Part shown: positions 60,776 through 64,000 of the stretch, piece after piece
Layout of the letters: the number at the start of each line of letters is the position of its first letter
How positions within the stretch are numbered: position 1 is the first letter of the stretch
NCBI GenBank assembly: GCA_965199715.1
Contig: OZ241322.1
Span: 448,001-512,000 of the forward strand
Direction: 5' to 3'
DNA from: Vicinamibacteria bacterium
GTDB taxonomy: Bacteria; Acidobacteriota; Vicinamibacteria; Marinacidobacterales; Marinacidobacteraceae
Length of the DNA stretch: 64,000 nucleotides
Position numbers and translations under genes: made by a program
Notes under the pieces: model-generated
The model's input: only the letters and a program-made list of their open reading frames with translations
What the model was told of the DNA's origin: nothing
Database searches by the model: none

Positions 60776-62548
60776 ATGCGTTTCCTTGCGGCCGTCCCGC
60801 TGCTGGTTCTGGCCCTCGCGGCGCCGGCCGGCGCCCAGGCCCCCTTCCTGCCGTTCGACGAGGTGCGCGGCGGCATGACCGGCGAGGGCCGGACCTCGCT
60901 CGGCGGCGACCGGATGGAGACGTTCTCGGTCGAGGTCGTCGGCGTGCTCCGGGGCGCGCTCCCCGGCCGCAACATCATCCTCGCCAACCTCTCGGGCGCG
61001 AACCTCGAGCACACCGGCGTCATGCAGGGCATGAGCGGCAGCCCGGTGTACGTGGACGGGCGGCTCGTGGGCGCCGTCGCCTTCGCCTTCCCCTTCGCGA
61101 AGGACGCGATCTGCGGGATCACGCCTTTCGAGGAGATGGTCCGCTTCTCCAACTCGTCCGCGCCGCAGGCGGCGGGAGCCGCCAGCTTCCTCGACTTCTC
61201 CGGCGACGGCGCCCCCGTCGTCAACGCGCCGCCGACGCTGCGGGCGGACGCCGGGGACGCCGCGCTGGTCCCGATCCGGACCGCGGTCGCGGTGAGCGGC
61301 CTCGCCCCGGCGGCCGAATCGCTCCTCGCCCCGCTGTACGCAGGACTCGGCATGGCCATCGCGCCGGGCGGGCGGACGGCCCAGAACGGGGGCGAGGATC
61401 CGCCGCGGCTCGCGCCGGGAAGCGCGGTGGGCGCCACGCTCATCGGCGGCGACATGGTCTTCATGGCCAACGGCACCGTGACCCACGTGGACGAGGCCAC
61501 CGGCGAGGTGTACGCCTTCGGGCACCCGTTCCTTGGCCTCGGCGACATCTCGATCCCGATGCAGGCGGCGCGGGTGGAGGCGGTCGTCGCGTCGCTCTCC
61601 AACTCCTTCCTCATGGCGAGCGCCGGCGAGCGGATCGGGGCGTGGACCCACGACGGCTCCACCGGCATCCGGGGGCAGCTCGGCATGCGCCCGCAGACGA
61701 TCCCGCTGCGGATCCGGATGGGGACCAGCCGGGGCGTCCGCAGCGAGTACGCGCTCGAGCTCGCCAGCATCGACGCGCTCACGCCGCTGCTCGCGTTCTC
61801 GGGACTGGTCGCGATCCTCGGCGCCGAGGAGAGCCAGTCGGCGCCGCACACGCTGCGAGTGAGCGCCCGGATCGCGCTCGGCGACGGTCGGGTGCTGCCG
61901 GTGGAGGACGTCTTCGCCTCGACCGCCGGCGCGACGCTCCTCGCGGCGGGACAGCTCGTCGCCGCGCCGATCCAGTTGCTGCTCGCGAACCCGCTGGAGC
62001 GCATCCCGGTGCGGGAGATCGACGTGGAGGCGACGGCCGCGCCGGGCGCCCGCGCCGCCCGGGTCACGCGGGCGTGGTTCGAGTCGTCGCGCGTCCGACC
62101 GGGCGCGACCGCGCCGCTGCGCATCACGACCCGCGACTACCGGGGAACCGAGCGCACCCGCTCGCTCGACGTCCCGATCCCCGAGAGCGCCGCCGGGGCA
62201 CGGCTGCAGGTCGTGCTCGCCGACGCGAACGCGATGCTCACCTCGGCCGTGACCCGAGCCACCTCCGGCCCGCCGGTCCACGTCGAGCAGATCTTCCGCG
62301 CGATCAGCCGCCACCCACGCGCCAGCCGCCTCTACGCCCGGCTGATCCGCACCGACCGGGACGCGGTGGTCGTCCGGGGCGACTACCTGCCCTCGCTCCC
62401 GCCGAGCGTCCGCTCGGTCATCGCCCGCGACGCGTCGGGCACGTCGGGAGGGGCGCTCCGCTCGTCGGTGCTCTGGGAGGGACATCTCGACTTCGACGCC
62501 ACCGTCACCGGCTCGCGCCGCCTCGCGCTCGAGGTGGAGGCCCGGTGA
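60776..62548 (+). CDS. Exported SpoIVB-like peptidase (S55 family)
   Basis: Signal peptide, GVMQGMSGSPVY.DGRLVGAVA, GTVT, AFGHPF. Confidence 0.85.
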   Translation: MRFLAAVPLLVLALAAPAGAQAPFLPFDEVRGGMTGEGRTSLGGDRMETFSVEVVGVLRGALPGRNIILANLSGANLEHTGVMQGMSGSPVYVDGRLVGAVAFAFPFAKDAICGITPFEEMVRFSNSSAPQAAGAASFLDFSGDGAPVVNAPPTLRADAGDAALVPIRTAVAVSGLAPAAESLLAPLYAGLGMAIAPGGRTAQNGGEDPPRLAPGSAVGATLIGGDMVFMANGTVTHVDEATGEVYAFGHPFLGLGDISIPMQAARVEAVVASLSNSFLMASAGERIGAWTHDGSTGIRGQLGMRPQTIPLRIRMGTSRGVRSEYALELASIDALTPLLAFSGLVAILGAEESQSAPHTLRVSARIALGDGRVLPVEDVFASTAGATLLAAGQLVAAPIQLLLANPLERIPVREIDVEATAAPGARAARVTRAWFESSRVRPGATAPLRITTRDYRGTERTRSLDVPIPESAAGARLQVVLADANAMLTSAVTRATSGPPVHVEQIFRAISRHPRASRLYARLIRTDRDAVVVRGDYLPSLPPSVRSVIARDASGTSGGALRSSVLWEGHLDFDATVTGSRRLALEVEAR

Positions 62549-64000
62549 GGCGACGCCTCGCGATCCTCCTGCTGGCCGGGGGTTCGCTGCTGGCGGCCAG
62601 CCGCGACTTCTGGCGGTTCGAGACCTCGGGCGACTTCCTCAGCGGCGAGAGCCGCGGGGTCAGCGTCGGCCCCGACGGCCAGGTCCGCCTCGCGCCGCTC
62701 GTTCGGGAACTCCACGCGCCCGAGCAGCCGTTCATCTGGCGCGTCGTCATGACCCAATCCGACACGCTCGTGGCGGGCGGCGACGGCATGCTGCTGCGCA
62801 TCCGGGGCGATGTCGTGGAGCCGCTCGCCGAGAGCCGCGAGGGCGGAATCCACGCGGTCGCGGCGGCGGACGACGGCGCGGTCTTCTACGCGGCCTCCCC
62901 GGGCGGGGCGATCCATCGCATCGGCCGCGACGGACGGCGAAGCATCCTCCACGATCCCGAGGTGGGCTACGTCTGGGGGCTCGCCGCCGAACCGGGCGGA
63001 AGCCTGCTCGCCGCGACCGGTTCCCCCGCCTCGCTCATCCGGATCCAACCGTCGGGACAGGCGACGCCGATCTTCCGCAGCCCCGAAGAGCACGTCACCG
63101 CGCTTCACCGCGCTCCGGACGGCGCGATCTTCCTCGGCACGGCCCCGTCGGGGATCGTCTTCCGGATCGACCCGGCGGGCGACGCGATGGCGCTCTTCGA
63201 CAGCGAGCAGACCGAGATCGGACGGATCGTGACCAACGCGGCGGGCGAAGTCTTCGCGACCGCGCTCGCCGAGTCCGCGGGTTCCGGACCGAGCGCCGCC
63301 GCGCCCGACCTTCCGGCGCCGCCGGGCGGTCCCGCGGGGGTCACGGCCACGGTCACGACGTTCAGCGCCTTCCGCGCGCCGACCTCGCTCGGCGTTCCCG
63401 CCGGCGCCGCGCCGTCGGGCGGGACCAACGCGCTCTATCGGATCGAGGCCAACGGGGCCGCCGAGGCCATCTGGGAGTCCACCGAGGAGCGGCCACTCGC
63501 GCTCGCGCTGCTTCGGGACGAACGGCTCCTTCTCGGGACCGGCGACCGCGGGCGGATTTACCGGATTTCCCGCGACGGCGACCGGACGCTGCTGCTGCGG
63601 ATCGAATCCGAACAGGTGACCGCCGCTGCCGCCGTGGGCGAACGCATCGTCCTCGGCGCCTCGAACCCGTCGCGGGTGCTCGCCGTCGGCCCGGGGGCGG
63701 GAACCGAGGGCAGCTATCAGTCGCGGGTGCTCGACGCCGGCGGCGCGGCCGCCTTCGGGCGGATCGCCTGGGACTCGCGCGCGCCCGCGGACACCACGAT
63801 CCTCGTCGAGACGAGGACCGGCAACTCCGAGGAGCCGGACGACACCTGGAGCGACTGGCGCTCCGCCGCGAACGGGAGCGCGGTCGAGAGCCCGCCGGCC
63901 CGGTTCTTCCAGTGGCGGGCGACGCTGCGGTCGGACGGAAGCGCTTCGCCGGAGCTCGTCTCGCTCACCGCCGCCTGGCTCGCCGCGAACCGCCGCCCGA
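62545..64000 (+). CDS. Exported beta-propeller-like hypothetical protein (3' end runs off the window)
   Basis: GTGA coupling; signal peptide, DFLSGESRGV, repeated W/ALA..DG..Y/GT..G..YRI blades, ETRTGN..PDDTWSDW. Confidence 0.75.
   Translation, partial: MRRRLAILLLAGGSLLAASRDFWRFETSGDFLSGESRGVSVGPDGQVRLAPLVRELHAPEQPFIWRVVMTQSDTLVAGGDGMLLRIRGDVVEPLAESREGGIHAVAAADDGAVFYAASPGGAIHRIGRDGRRSILHDPEVGYVWGLAAEPGGSLLAATGSPASLIRIQPSGQATPIFRSPEEHVTALHRAPDGAIFLGTAPSGIVFRIDPAGDAMALFDSEQTEIGRIVTNAAGEVFATALAESAGSGPSAAAPDLPAPPGGPAGVTATVTTFSAFRAPTSLGVPAGAAPSGGTNALYRIEANGAAEAIWESTEERPLALALLRDERLLLGTGDRGRIYRISRDGDRTLLLRIESEQVTAAAAVGERIVLGASNPSRVLAVGPGAGTEGSYQSRVLDAGGAAAFGRIAWDSRAPADTTILVETRTGNSEEPDDTWSDWRSAANGSAVESPPARFFQWRATLRSDGSASPELVSLTAAWLAANRRP

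Overview
Very GC-rich (by eye above 70%), gene-dense bacterial chromosomal segment. It is probably Acidobacteriota, inferred from the fused LptF/LptG, the FecR/DUF6600-type protein and the SpoIVB-peptidase/beta-propeller gene pair. Content is mostly core housekeeping: phoH-HD-ybeY; purC; a long minus-strand cluster smc-murU-amgK-asnS-rimO-rimP-nusA-infB-DUF503-rbfA-truB-rpsO-pnp; lptFG; metK-valS-ftsB; PP2C phosphatase-rnc; an acyl-CoA dehydrogenase; glpX; class II RNR (nrdJ) with tandem NrdR boxes; mtaB; and a his operon split into two convergent halves. I saw no rRNA, tRNA, CRISPR array, transposase or integrase. The most unusual item is a 500-aa RNase III with two RNase III domains (one near-canonical, one degenerate) plus two dsRBDs, an architecture like the Dicer/Drosha C-terminus. 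Other items: NusA with an 8x19-aa Arg/Asp tandem-repeat tail, apparent non-canonical start codons in the rimP-nusA-truB operon, a 31-bp palindromic bidirectional leaderless promoter with further leaderless genes, an inverted hisF-hisIE block, and a small accessory patch with a catalytically altered Fic protein. All assignments come from reading motifs by eye; no database searches were run.
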